Shown: piece after piece, positions 10,073 to 18,674 of the stretch
Position numbering within the stretch: position 1 is the first letter of the stretch
Layout of the letters: every line of letters begins with the position of its first letter
From: Planctomycetota bacterium
GTDB taxonomy: Bacteria; Planctomycetota; UBA1135; UBA2386
DNA length: 64,000 nt
Assembly (NCBI GenBank): GCA_046290465.1
Contig: JBKAGP010000001.1
Coordinates: forward strand, 3,744,001-3,808,000
Direction: 5' to 3'
The notes under the pieces: generated by a model
What the model was told of the DNA's origin: nothing
Database searches by the model: none
Seen by the model: only the letters and a program-made list of their open reading frames with translations
Position numbers and translations under genes: made by a program

Positions 10073-10858
10073 TCAGGCCGACACGATCACCGACAGGATC
10101 GCCTTGCGCGTGTCGAGCCAGCACTGCCACGGGTCCGAGCCGCGCTCGTGCTCGAGCGTCAGGATCGGGATCTGCAGCGTGCGGCCGATCCACGAACCGA
10201 GCGAGCCCGGCGTCGGCGCGATCTTGTCCGACGGCTTGACCCGGTAGCCGGAGTGCTGCGAGAACAGTTCGGCGTGCTGGACCGCCGGCCCGTCGTAGTT
10301 GATGAAGTGGTCGTTGCGCCAGCTGTGCGCGACAATCACCAGGTGCGGACGTTCGGCGCGCACCAGGTCGTGCAGCGCGCGGGCCTCCGGCTGGTCGAGC
10401 GGCCGCTGGCCGTAGGCGCGACCGGGCAGGAAGTTGCTCGCCGGGTAGTTGCGGTTGAGGTCGATGCCCTGCGCGTTGCCGCGCGTGCCGTGCGCGGTGC
10501 CGTCCGGGTTGACGTCCTCGAGGATCGTCAGCGTCACTTGCTCGAGCGCGCCCGGGAACGCCGCGAACGCGCTCGGCAGCTCCGCGGTCGAGACCGAGCC
10601 TTCGCGTTCGTTGCCGTGGATGCCGCCGACCCAGATCACGCGGCGTGGGCCGTTGCCGATCCGACGGATGCGCAGCGGCCGGCCCTCGCGGCTCTGGCCG
10701 ATCGTCTGCCACGGCGACGGCTGCGCGATCGCGCGCGGCACCGAAGCGTCGGCGACATCGCGCGATGCCGACGAGTCCTGTGCCTTCCAGTCCGCGTTGC
10801 GCGGGTGGAACCCGACACAACCGGTCAACAACGCCGCCACGACGATCACCCACCGCAT
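10073..10858 (-). CDS. M14 zinc peptidase lipoprotein, MpaA (murein tripeptide amidase)-like
   Basis: GGIHGNE, VNPDG, DLNRNY, QPE, AHS, TPGSLGSW and TLE motifs; lipobox LTGC. Confidence 0.8.
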   Translation of the reverse strand: MRWVIVVAALLTGCVGFHPRNADWKAQDSSASRDVADASVPRAIAQPSPWQTIGQSREGRPLRIRRIGNGPRRVIWVGGIHGNEREGSVSTAELPSAFAAFPGALEQVTLTILEDVNPDGTAHGTRGNAQGIDLNRNYPASNFLPGRAYGQRPLDQPEARALHDLVRAERPHLVIVAHSWRNDHFINYDGPAVQHAELFSQHSGYRVKPSDKIAPTPGSLGSWIGRTLQIPILTLEHERGSDPWQCWLDTRKAILSVIVSA

Positions 10859-10927
10859 GGCTGCGAACGATAGCCGACTTCACTCGCGGAGCCATCCTGA
10901 CGATGAGGCAAGCAGCCAGGAACCTGC

Positions 10928-11311
10928 ATGCCCGACCAAGCGACCATCCAGCGCATCGACGCCGCGATCTCGTTCGCCGGCCTGCTGATCCGCGTCGGCG
11001 CCTACGCCGTGGTCGGCGGCTTCGCCAGCCACTACGCGTGCGGCCAGGCGATCCTCACCGGCCTGTTCCTCGGCGACCTCGCCGCCAGCGTGCTCCGGGT
11101 GTTCGTGCAGCCGCGCGAGCACCTGGCGCAGTTCTTCGCCGAACTGCTGGTGCTGGCCGTGGTCTTCCTGTGGGCGCGCGGCGACCTGGTCTGGCCGGCC
11201 GACACGCCGACCCGGGCGATCATCGGGCTGGCCGCGTTCGGGGTTTTTGCCGGGCGCGCGGGAGGAACGACCCTGACCCGGTTCGGGCCGAGCGAAGACG
11301 GCTTCGCGTAG
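10928..11311 (+). CDS. Small membrane protein
   Basis: 127 aa with about 4 hydrophobic segments and coding-like codon usage. Confidence 0.6.
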   Translation: MPDQATIQRIDAAISFAGLLIRVGAYAVVGGFASHYACGQAILTGLFLGDLAASVLRVFVQPREHLAQFFAELLVLAVVFLWARGDLVWPADTPTRAIIGLAAFGVFAGRAGGTTLTRFGPSEDGFA

Positions 11312-11422
11312 CGGGCGACCGCCGGTCGCGTGATCCCTGGGCCGCGGGGTTTTCGTTGGCCGTTCGGCGCCAGACGACGCCGGGTGCAGACCGGGCCCGA
11401 TCCGAGGGCCCGCATTCGCACC

Positions 11423-12177
11423 ATGACCCAATCGCAGACCCCGCTTCCCCTCCTGCGCGACGCGAGCGGCGGCGCCCTGCCGACCACCAACGACGCGGTG
11501 ATGGTCGTCGGCACGCCGGGCAACTGGAGCTTCCCGGTCCGCGAGGGCGAGCCGATCGCGATCCCGCCGTCGGCCAACGGCACCTGGGTCGCCGGCAACG
11601 TCACCGGCACGACCAACGTCAACGCGAACGGCCAACTGCTGTTCAACCAGAGCGCCGACGACGGCACCGGCAGCACCAGCACCGGCGGCGCCTTCAGCGG
11701 CTCGGCCGGCAGCCCGATCTGGTTCGACCACGCGGGCGACTTCGTGTTCCGCCAGTCGATCGACAACAACGTCGAGGCCGCGATCGTCAAGGTGCAAGCG
11801 GCGTGCTGGCGGCGACGCCGAGCACCATCTCCGAGGCGAACGGAGGCACCCAGACGTTTGCGATCGACGCGGGCGCGGCGCACGCCGGAGACCTCTACGC
11901 CGTCATCGGCACGGCCAGCGGCACCACGCCCGGCACCGTCGTGCCGCTCGGCCCGCTGACGATCCCGCTCAACTTCGACGCCTACACCGACCTCACGGTC
12001 GCGCTGTTCAACACGTCGGTGTTCAGCAACACGCTGTCGGTGCTCGACGCCAACGGCCGCGCCACCGCGGCGCTCAACCTGCCGGCCGGCACGCTGCTCC
12101 ACCACGCGGTCGTCGGCCTCGACTTCACGCTGAGCGAGACGTTCGTCAGCGAACCGGCGACGGTCAATATCTTCTAG
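11423..12177 (+). pseudogene. Truncated, frameshifted remnant of a secreted beta-rich protein
   Basis: Coding-like sequence switches frame near 11797 (...AIVKVQ / GVLAATPSTISEANGG...); no signal peptide. Confidence 0.6.
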
Positions 12178-12207
12178 ACCGGCGCCCCCCGGGTGGGATC
12201 GGGTCGG

Positions 12208-12245
12208 CTCGATCTGGCCGACTCGATCTGGCCGACTCGATCTGG
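12208..12245. repeat. Tandem 14-bp repeat CTCGATCTGGCCGA, 2.7 copies
   Basis: Read directly; followed by the hairpin GGGCGGGCG-ATC-CGCCCGCCC. Confidence 0.85.
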
Positions 12246-12316
12246 GCGGGCGATCCGCCCGCCCCACCGCGCGGATACACCCTGGAAACAGCGTGCGCGC
12301 TAGCGTGCAGCGCACG

Positions 12317-13651
12317 ATGCTGATCCAACGACCTCTCGTCGCGCTCGCATGTGGCGCGACCACGCTCTCTCTCGCGACCGCCCAGGGCGCGAACTTCGCC
12401 GCGCCGGTGATGATCCAGGCCGGCGACAAGGTCTGCGGCAAGGGCCGCATGTACCCGTCGCCAGCCGCCTACGACATCGACCGCGACGGCAAGCTCGACC
12501 TCGTCGTCGGCGACCTGCGCGGCCACCTGACCTACGCCCGCCAGACCGGCCCCGGCGCGTTCGCCGCCGAGCAGAAGCTCCAGGACGCCGCCGGCAAGGT
12601 GCTCGACTTCGGCAACTGGTGATGCATCGGCATGAGTCCACAGTTCGTGGACTTCAACGCCGACGGCCACGACGACATCGTCTGCGGCATCTTCGACGGT
12701 TCGCCACACGTCAGCTACTGGGACGCCGAAGCCGGCGGCTTCCTGCAACCGGTCGGCATCCTCGACAAGCAGGGCCAGCGCATCGTGCTGAACGCGTGGT
12801 GGAACTTCGACGCCAAGCAGTGGCAAGACACCGACCGCTGTGACCCGGAGGGCGGCGCGCCGGCCGAGGGCCACCTGACCTCGGCGATCGCGTTCGACTA
12901 CGACCGCGACGGCGACTGGGACCTGGTGCTCGGCGACCACAAGGGCGGCTACGTCTACTTGCGCCGCAACGAGGGCAGCAACGCGGCGCCGAAGTTCGCG
13001 ACCCGCAACGAGCTGGTGATGGCCGCCGGCAAGCCGATGCACGACCCCGGCACCGTCGCGACGATCCGCGCGGTCGACTGGAACGGCGACGGCAAGCTCG
13101 ACCTGATGGTGTCCGGCATGGGCGACCCCTACGGCGAAGGCACCGGCGGCGGCGTCGCGGTCTACCTCGACGAGAGCACCTCGGGCGACAAGAGCTTCGG
13201 CGCCGCGGTGACGCTGATCGAGCCGAGCCCGAAGGGCAGCGTCGGTGAGCCACGCCGGCCGGACGCCGGCCTGCACCCGGAGCCGGTCGACCTCGACGGC
13301 GACGGCGACCTCGACCTGATCGTCGGCGGCTACTCGATGTGGAAGCCGAACGCCCGCGAGCTGAGCGACGCCGAGAAGGCGCGCGCCGAGGAGCTGCAGC
13401 AGAAGCTGAGCGAACTGCGCGCCGAGAGCAGCAAGCTCTACGAGCAGGCGAGCAAGGCCAGGGAAGGCCTGACCGGCGAGGCGGCGCAGCAGGCGTTCGC
13501 GAAGGCCTACGAGCAGATCCGTCCGCAGATGGCCAAGGTGACCAGCCAACTGCAGCCGCTGCAGAAGGAGCTCGACAAGCTGCAGCCGCGGCCGCAGCGG
13601 GTGTCGTTCACGTGGTTCTACGAGAACCTGGCCAAGACCGGGACGCGGTAG
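12317..13651 (+). CDS. Secreted FG-GAP/VCBS repeat protein with in-frame TGA at 12620-12622; candidate selenoprotein of 444 aa with Sec102
   Basis: ORFs 12293-12622 and 12632-13651 are in the same frame, joined by TGA-TGC-ATC-GGC; FG-GAP repeats (DxDxDGxxDLxxG) continue in register across the TGA; only the first part has a signal peptide. Confidence 0.75.
12627..12663 (+). promoter_or_regulatory. Putative bacterial SECIS element
   Basis: TCGGC-A-TGAGTCCAC-AGTTC-GTGGACT(T)CA-AC-GCCGA: stem with bulged U, GU in the apical loop, loop starts 19 nt after the UGA. Confidence 0.7.
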
Positions 13652-13714
13652 TCGGCGGCCAGGTAGTCGGCGGCCCGGTAGTCGACCAGGTAGTCGACGA
13701 CCGGTAGCCGGACC
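13647..13714. repeat. Five degenerate tandem GGTAG(T/C)CG units of 12-15 bp between convergent genes
   Basis: GGTAGTCGGCGGCCA / GGTAGTCGGCGGCCC / GGTAGTCGACCA / GGTAGTCGACGACC / GGTAGCCGGACC. Confidence 0.8.
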
Positions 13715-13715
13715 G

Positions 13716-14720
13716 TCAGATCCCGTAGCGGCACGGGTCCTCGGGATCGATCACGAACGTCGCCATGCTCGTGATCCACGCCGAGCCGGTGATCTCCGGA
13801 ACGACCGCGTCGTGCTCGCCGACCCTGGTGGTCTCGAGCACGCGCGCCCGGAACCGGGTGCCGAGCACGCTGTCGCTGTCGAACCACTCGCCGACGCCGA
13901 GCTCGCCCTTGGCGTGCAGGACCGCGAGCTTGGCCGACGTGCCGGTGCCGCACGGCGAACGGTCGTAGGCGGTGCCCGGGCACAACGTCAGCGAGCGCGC
14001 GCCGGGACGTTCGCCGTCGAGCGGCACGAACAGCTTGATGTGGTCGACGATCTCCTCCTCGCCGACGTCCGGGTGCACGCCGCGGATGCCCTCGCGCACC
14101 ATCGATTCGCGGATCGCGGTCGCCGCCTGCATCAGCACCGGCAGGTGCGCCTTCTCGACCATCAGCCCGAGCTGGTCCGCCTCGACGAACGCAAACCAGT
14201 TGCCGCCGTAGGCGATGTCCGCCGCGATCTTACCGAAGCCGTGCACCGGCACGACGACGCGCTGGCGGTAGAGGAACGACGGCACGTTGGTGATCGTGAC
14301 GCTCCTGGGCCGGCCCGCCTCGACCTCGACCTTGCACTCGACCACGCCGACGGTCGTGTCGAGCCGGATCGTCGTGGTGGGCTCCACCGCCGGCACCATG
14401 CCCATCGCGACCGCCGTGGTCGCCAGGCCGATCGCGCCGTGGCCGCACATGCCGAGGTAGCCGGCATCGTTGACGAACACGACCCCGAGGTCGGCGTTGT
14501 CGCGCGTCGGCGGCAGCAGGTAGGCGACGATGATCGCGTCGTGGCCGCGCGGCTCGAGCACCAGCGCACGGCGCAGATGGTCGTGATCGCGCCGCAGCAC
14601 GTCGCGCTTCTCGGCCATCGTCCTGCCCGGGATCTGCGGCAGGCCGCCGGTTACGACGCGCGTCGGTTCGCCCGCAGTGTGCGAGTCGACCGCCTGGATC
14701 ATCTGCTCGAAGGACAGCAT
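13716..14720 (-). CDS. Proline racemase / 4-hydroxyproline epimerase family
   Basis: DSHTAGEPTR, EPRGH, MCGHG and DRSPCGTG (both catalytic Cys present). Confidence 0.9.
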   Translation of the reverse strand: MLSFEQMIQAVDSHTAGEPTRVVTGGLPQIPGRTMAEKRDVLRRDHDHLRRALVLEPRGHDAIIVAYLLPPTRDNADLGVVFVNDAGYLGMCGHGAIGLATTAVAMGMVPAVEPTTTIRLDTTVGVVECKVEVEAGRPRSVTITNVPSFLYRQRVVVPVHGFGKIAADIAYGGNWFAFVEADQLGLMVEKAHLPVLMQAATAIRESMVREGIRGVHPDVGEEEIVDHIKLFVPLDGERPGARSLTLCPGTAYDRSPCGTGTSAKLAVLHAKGELGVGEWFDSDSVLGTRFRARVLETTRVGEHDAVVPEITGSAWITSMATFVIDPEDPCRYGI

Positions 14721-14743
14721 GCCAGGACGTTAGCATGGCCGAC

Positions 14744-15367
14744 ATGAAGAGAGCCCTGCTGTCCCTCTCCCCTCTGGTCGCCGGCGTCGCGATCGCCGCG
14801 TGGCCGGCGAGCGAATACGACTTCTGCCAGCTGCAGATCACCTACTGGGACCAGAAGCAGGGCATCGTGCGCGACCGCGGCTACCTCGCGGTCGACGAGG
14901 ACACCGGCCGCACCTACAAGACCGGCCCGTGGCTGTCGTGGTTCCAGAACGGCAAGAAGCTCAGCAGCGGCGACTACCGGAACAACCTGCGGCACGGCAC
15001 CTGGACGTTCTGGTTCCAGAGCGGCCAGAAGCGCTCGGAGATGGTGTTCGCCGACGGCCGGCCGACCGGCAAGAGCACCAGCTGGCACCCGAGCGGCCAG
15101 AAGTCCGAAGAGCGCATCTACGGCGAGACCGAGCTGCGCACCGTGCAGTGGCACGAGAACGGCCAGAAGTCGAACGAGGGCGTCATGAAGGGCCAGTTCG
15201 GCTCGGCCAGGATGCACGGCGTCTGGACCCGCTGGTACCCCAACGGCCAGAAGCGCAGCGAGGCGACCTACGACGACGGCAAGCTCGACGGCGTGCAGAC
15301 GTTCTGGGACGAGCAGGGCAACGTCACCAGCAAGACCACCTGGAAGAACGGCGAGCAGATCCAGTAG
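14744..15367 (+). CDS. MORN-variant repeat (YwqK-like) exported protein
   Basis: Repeated WxxNGQKxSE units; signal-like N-terminus. Confidence 0.8.
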   Translation: MKRALLSLSPLVAGVAIAAWPASEYDFCQLQITYWDQKQGIVRDRGYLAVDEDTGRTYKTGPWLSWFQNGKKLSSGDYRNNLRHGTWTFWFQSGQKRSEMVFADGRPTGKSTSWHPSGQKSEERIYGETELRTVQWHENGQKSNEGVMKGQFGSARMHGVWTRWYPNGQKRSEATYDDGKLDGVQTFWDEQGNVTSKTTWKNGEQIQ

Positions 15368-15391
15368 CGGTCCGCCCGCAGCGAGCGCCGG

Positions 15392-16441
15392 CTACTTCTT
15401 CTTCTGGTAGCTCGCCTTGAAGCTCAGGAACGGATCCATGTCGCCGAACGTGCTGTGCCCCTTGCAGCTCTTGGCGTGGCCGTTCTCGTCGACGTAGATC
15501 ACGTAGCGCTGCGTCGTCGGCATGCCCATCTGCACCCCGTCCATCGTGCTGATCAGCTTGCCGTCGTGCCACCGGCACTGCATCTCGCCGATCTGGCCCA
15601 TGTTGTCGACGAACACCGCGTGCATGCACTGGTCGTGCTCGTCCCAGCCCCACAGGGCATGCGACTCGTAGGCGTCCGACGAGCCGTCGGCGTGGCCGTC
15701 GGTGCGGCCGTGCATCGCCGTCCCGCCGAACACCATCTGCCACGAGTCGGTGCCGTGGATGCCGGTCGACGGCATGCCCGGCGCCATCATCATCTCGCCC
15801 TCGGTCGCGTAGGTGCCGGCCATGCGCGCGAGGCCCTTCATGCCGGCGCCCGGCTTGGCGCCCATCCACGGCGCCGTGCTCCAGTCGCCGTCGAAGCCGC
15901 CGCCGCCGCGCGCCATCGTGCAGTCGATGATCTTCATCGAGTCGCCCTCGGCCATCAGCAGGTCGATGCGCATTGTCATCTTGTCGCCGTCGATCTTGAC
16001 CCGCGCGCGCTCGTTGTAGGGCACGCCGCCCTGGTGGTGCGTCTGTACGGTCAGCATCGTGCCGTCCGGCAGGAACTGCGTCTCGTTGAGGCGCGCGACG
16101 CCCTCGTTGCTGACCATCGCCGCGAGGTAGCGACCGTGCTCGCGATCCCAGCCGATGTAGGTGCGGAACACCATCGGCACCGGCAGCCCTTCCATCTCGA
16201 TGACGAAGTCCTCCTGCACGAAGTGGCCGTTGAGCGTCCAGCGGTAGGTGCCTTTCGCGGTCCACGGCGTCTCCTGGCCGCCCGGCTCGTACATCTTGCC
16301 AGAACCCTGCCAGTTGCCGATCAGCGGCTTCAGCCGGGCGAGCTCCTTGGCGGGGCTCATGTCGTACTCCTCCTGCGCCGGCGCGACGGCGACGGCACAC
16401 AGGGCGGCAAGAACGAACGGAACGGTCTGGCGAGCGGTCAT
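15392..16441 (-). CDS. Secreted protein with two DUF1579-like domains
   Basis: Signal peptide; duplicated LxxLxGxW...GWD...DNMG-type domains. Confidence 0.7.
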   Translation of the reverse strand: MTARQTVPFVLAALCAVAVAPAQEEYDMSPAKELARLKPLIGNWQGSGKMYEPGGQETPWTAKGTYRWTLNGHFVQEDFVIEMEGLPVPMVFRTYIGWDREHGRYLAAMVSNEGVARLNETQFLPDGTMLTVQTHHQGGVPYNERARVKIDGDKMTMRIDLLMAEGDSMKIIDCTMARGGGGFDGDWSTAPWMGAKPGAGMKGLARMAGTYATEGEMMMAPGMPSTGIHGTDSWQMVFGGTAMHGRTDGHADGSSDAYESHALWGWDEHDQCMHAVFVDNMGQIGEMQCRWHDGKLISTMDGVQMGMPTTQRYVIYVDENGHAKSCKGHSTFGDMDPFLSFKASYQKKK

Positions 16442-16587
16442 GGTTGTGCTTGTGGGAACGGGGTCGCGGGAAGCACCCATTCGACGACCGCCCGGCCGCA
16501 GAATCGACACGACGCGCGGAAAAGGCCGGTCCGGCGGCGCCGTCGTTGAGCCAACCCGCCGCGATGGCCATACTTCGCGCCCCCGAA

Positions 16588-17202
16588 ATGCCGACCGCAC
16601 CCGACGTCTGGACCTGGATCACGATCCCCGCCATCGGCGGACTGATCGGGCTGAGCACCAACTGGCTCGCCGTGAAGATGATCTTCCGGCCGATCAAGCC
16701 GCGGCGGATCCTGTTCTTCAAGATGCAGGGGCTGATCGGCCGCCGCCAACAGGACCTAGCCAAGGCGATCGGCCGCGTCGTCGGCAACCACCTCGTCGAG
16801 CACAAGGACGTCGTCAAGAGCCTCAACAAGCTCGACTTCAGCGGCATCCTCGGCAAGGTGCTCGACAAGGGCCTCGGCCCCAAGATCCAGGAGCTGCGCA
16901 GCCTGCCGCTGATCGGCGGCTTCCTGACCGAGGAGCGCATCGCCGACATCAAGCAGTCGATCACCGACAGCATCATGAAGCACCGCGAGGCCGTGCTCGA
17001 CGAGGTCGAGAAGGGCCTGAGCAAGGGCCTCGACGTGCCGAAGCTGGTCGAGGCGAAGGTCGCGAAGTTCGAGATCCTCAAGCTCGAGAAGCTGATCCTC
17101 GAGGTCGCCAACCGCGAATTGCGGTCGATCGTCGTGCTCGGGGGAGTTCTCGGCGTGCTGATCGGTCTGGCCCAGGTCGGCTTCCTGTGGCTGCGCGGCT
17201 GA
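16588..17202 (+). CDS. DUF445 family membrane protein
   Basis: IGGLIGLSTNWLAVKMIFRP...ELRSIVVLGGVLGVLIGLAQ. Confidence 0.85.
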   Translation: MPTAPDVWTWITIPAIGGLIGLSTNWLAVKMIFRPIKPRRILFFKMQGLIGRRQQDLAKAIGRVVGNHLVEHKDVVKSLNKLDFSGILGKVLDKGLGPKIQELRSLPLIGGFLTEERIADIKQSITDSIMKHREAVLDEVEKGLSKGLDVPKLVEAKVAKFEILKLEKLILEVANRELRSIVVLGGVLGVLIGLAQVGFLWLRG

Positions 17203-17282
17203 CCGCCGCCGCCATGGCGCGCCCTGCAGGCCGCCGCCGTTACGTTCTGCCATCTCCCCGACTAGATAGTCGACGTCCCCCC

Positions 17283-18554
17283 ATGACTGTCGCCATCCAG
17301 ACGTTGTTCTCCGCCGCCGCCATGGCGTGCATCCTCCAGGCCGCCGCCGCGCAGGCACCGATCCACTGCGGCTACCCGGAGCGCGACATCCTGTCGCCGT
17401 TCCGCAACCCGACCGACATCACCGCGCCGCCCGACGAGCTGTTCCGCAACCTGCGGATCATGAAGAACGTCGCCGCCAAGATGCCGGACAAGGCCAGCTA
17501 CGACGCCAGGGGCCGCCAGGTCGTCGACGACCCGACGTGGCGCACGGCCTACGACCGCGTGCAGCAGCTCGGCATCGACGCCGGCAGCATGGCGCAGATG
17601 ATGCGCCTGCACCGCAACGCCGAGCAGCGCGACGTCGCGTTCTTCGCCGGGTTCTACTGCGACAACATCGGCTACGTGATGGAGCTGATCTCGCACATCC
17701 CGGGCGAGCCGGTGCGCGCGACGCGCGAACGGGCGTTCCCCAGGGCGGTCGAGTTCCTGCGCGCCAACCTCGGCCGCAAGTTTGGCGACCTGTCGGACGA
17801 GGAGCGCGAGATCGTGCTCGCCAACATGCCGAAGGTCGGCTCGCCGGTCGCGAAGGCCCGCGGCATCACCCGCGCACCGCAGGACGGCGACCACCTGCAC
17901 TCGCTGCGGATGGCGCCGTTCTTCCAGCTGCTGGACGTCGAAGAGTCGATCGACCACGCGCAGGCGCTGTGGTTCCTCAAGGAGATCTTCAAGGTCCGCC
18001 TCGACATGGCGAGAGCCTGGCTCGAGCCCGCGCTGCCGCGCGTCAAGCAGCTGCTGATCACTGGCGACGCGCAGGTCCGCAAGGAGGCGATCGAGCTGCT
18101 GCAGCTGATCGGCCCGAAGAAGCTGCCGGCGCCGCCGGAGGACGACGAGGCGCTGCGCGAATGGGCCGACGTGGCCTGCAAGCACATGTTCCCGCCGATC
18201 CGCAACCTCAACGACGCGATCGTGCAGCTGTTCCCCAGCGAGGAGCGTGAGGCGATCGCGGCGGCCGCGATCCAGGCGCTCGAGAACTCGAGCATCGGCG
18301 ATCCGTTCCGCGGTCAGGACGATGACGGCAAGTGGTACGCGGGCTTCCGCGTGGCGCGCGTGCCGGACGAGCTGAAGCCGCTGGCGATCCCGGCGGAAGC
18401 GGTGATCACGAGCGTGAACGGCGTGGCGATCGACAGCGCGAAGTCGCTGCTGCAGGTGGTGACGAAGTTCGTGAAGCGGCGGAAGCCGGCGCGGGTGTTT
18501 GTGGAGTACGTGAAGGGTGGGAAGGGGTTTGCGGTGGAGTACCGGGTGATGTGA
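17283..18554 (+). CDS. Secreted hypothetical protein with C-terminal PDZ-like domain
   Basis: Signal peptide; C-terminal AVITSVNGVAI. Confidence 0.65.
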   Translation: MTVAIQTLFSAAAMACILQAAAAQAPIHCGYPERDILSPFRNPTDITAPPDELFRNLRIMKNVAAKMPDKASYDARGRQVVDDPTWRTAYDRVQQLGIDAGSMAQMMRLHRNAEQRDVAFFAGFYCDNIGYVMELISHIPGEPVRATRERAFPRAVEFLRANLGRKFGDLSDEEREIVLANMPKVGSPVAKARGITRAPQDGDHLHSLRMAPFFQLLDVEESIDHAQALWFLKEIFKVRLDMARAWLEPALPRVKQLLITGDAQVRKEAIELLQLIGPKKLPAPPEDDEALREWADVACKHMFPPIRNLNDAIVQLFPSEEREAIAAAAIQALENSSIGDPFRGQDDDGKWYAGFRVARVPDELKPLAIPAEAVITSVNGVAIDSAKSLLQVVTKFVKRRKPARVFVEYVKGGKGFAVEYRVM

Positions 18555-18600
18555 CTCGGGTGCGCTGCTTGTGGCGCGGAGGTTGGAGGGGCGGACTCCC

Positions 18601-18674
18601 GCGGCTTCGCCGCTCGTGGCCGCACGCGGTGCAAGCACCGCTTCCGCGGCTGCGCGCTGCTTCGCAGCGCGCTA
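18601..18674. repeat. Cluster of three short GC hairpins (REP-like) between convergent genes
   Basis: GCGGC-TTC-GCCGC, GCGGTGC-AA-GCACCGC, GCGCGCTGC-TTC-GCAGCGCGC. Confidence 0.7.

Noticed and set aside
11790..11805. Programmed frameshift in the 11423-12177 gene
   Set aside because: There is no slippery heptamer, and the gene also appears 5'-truncated, so decay or a sequencing indel is more likely.
12620..12622. TGA as evidence of an alternative genetic code (UGA = Trp or Gly)
   Set aside because: Many genes here end in TGA at natural C-termini with ATGA/GTGA overlaps, and Trp is encoded by TGG, so any recoding must be site-specific.
13647..13714. Short repeats as a CRISPR array
   Set aside because: Units are 12-15 bp with no unique spacers, and there are no cas genes in the window.
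14744..15367. YwqK-like gene as a toxin-antitoxin system
   Set aside because: There is no adjacent toxin, and MORN-variant repeats are generic.
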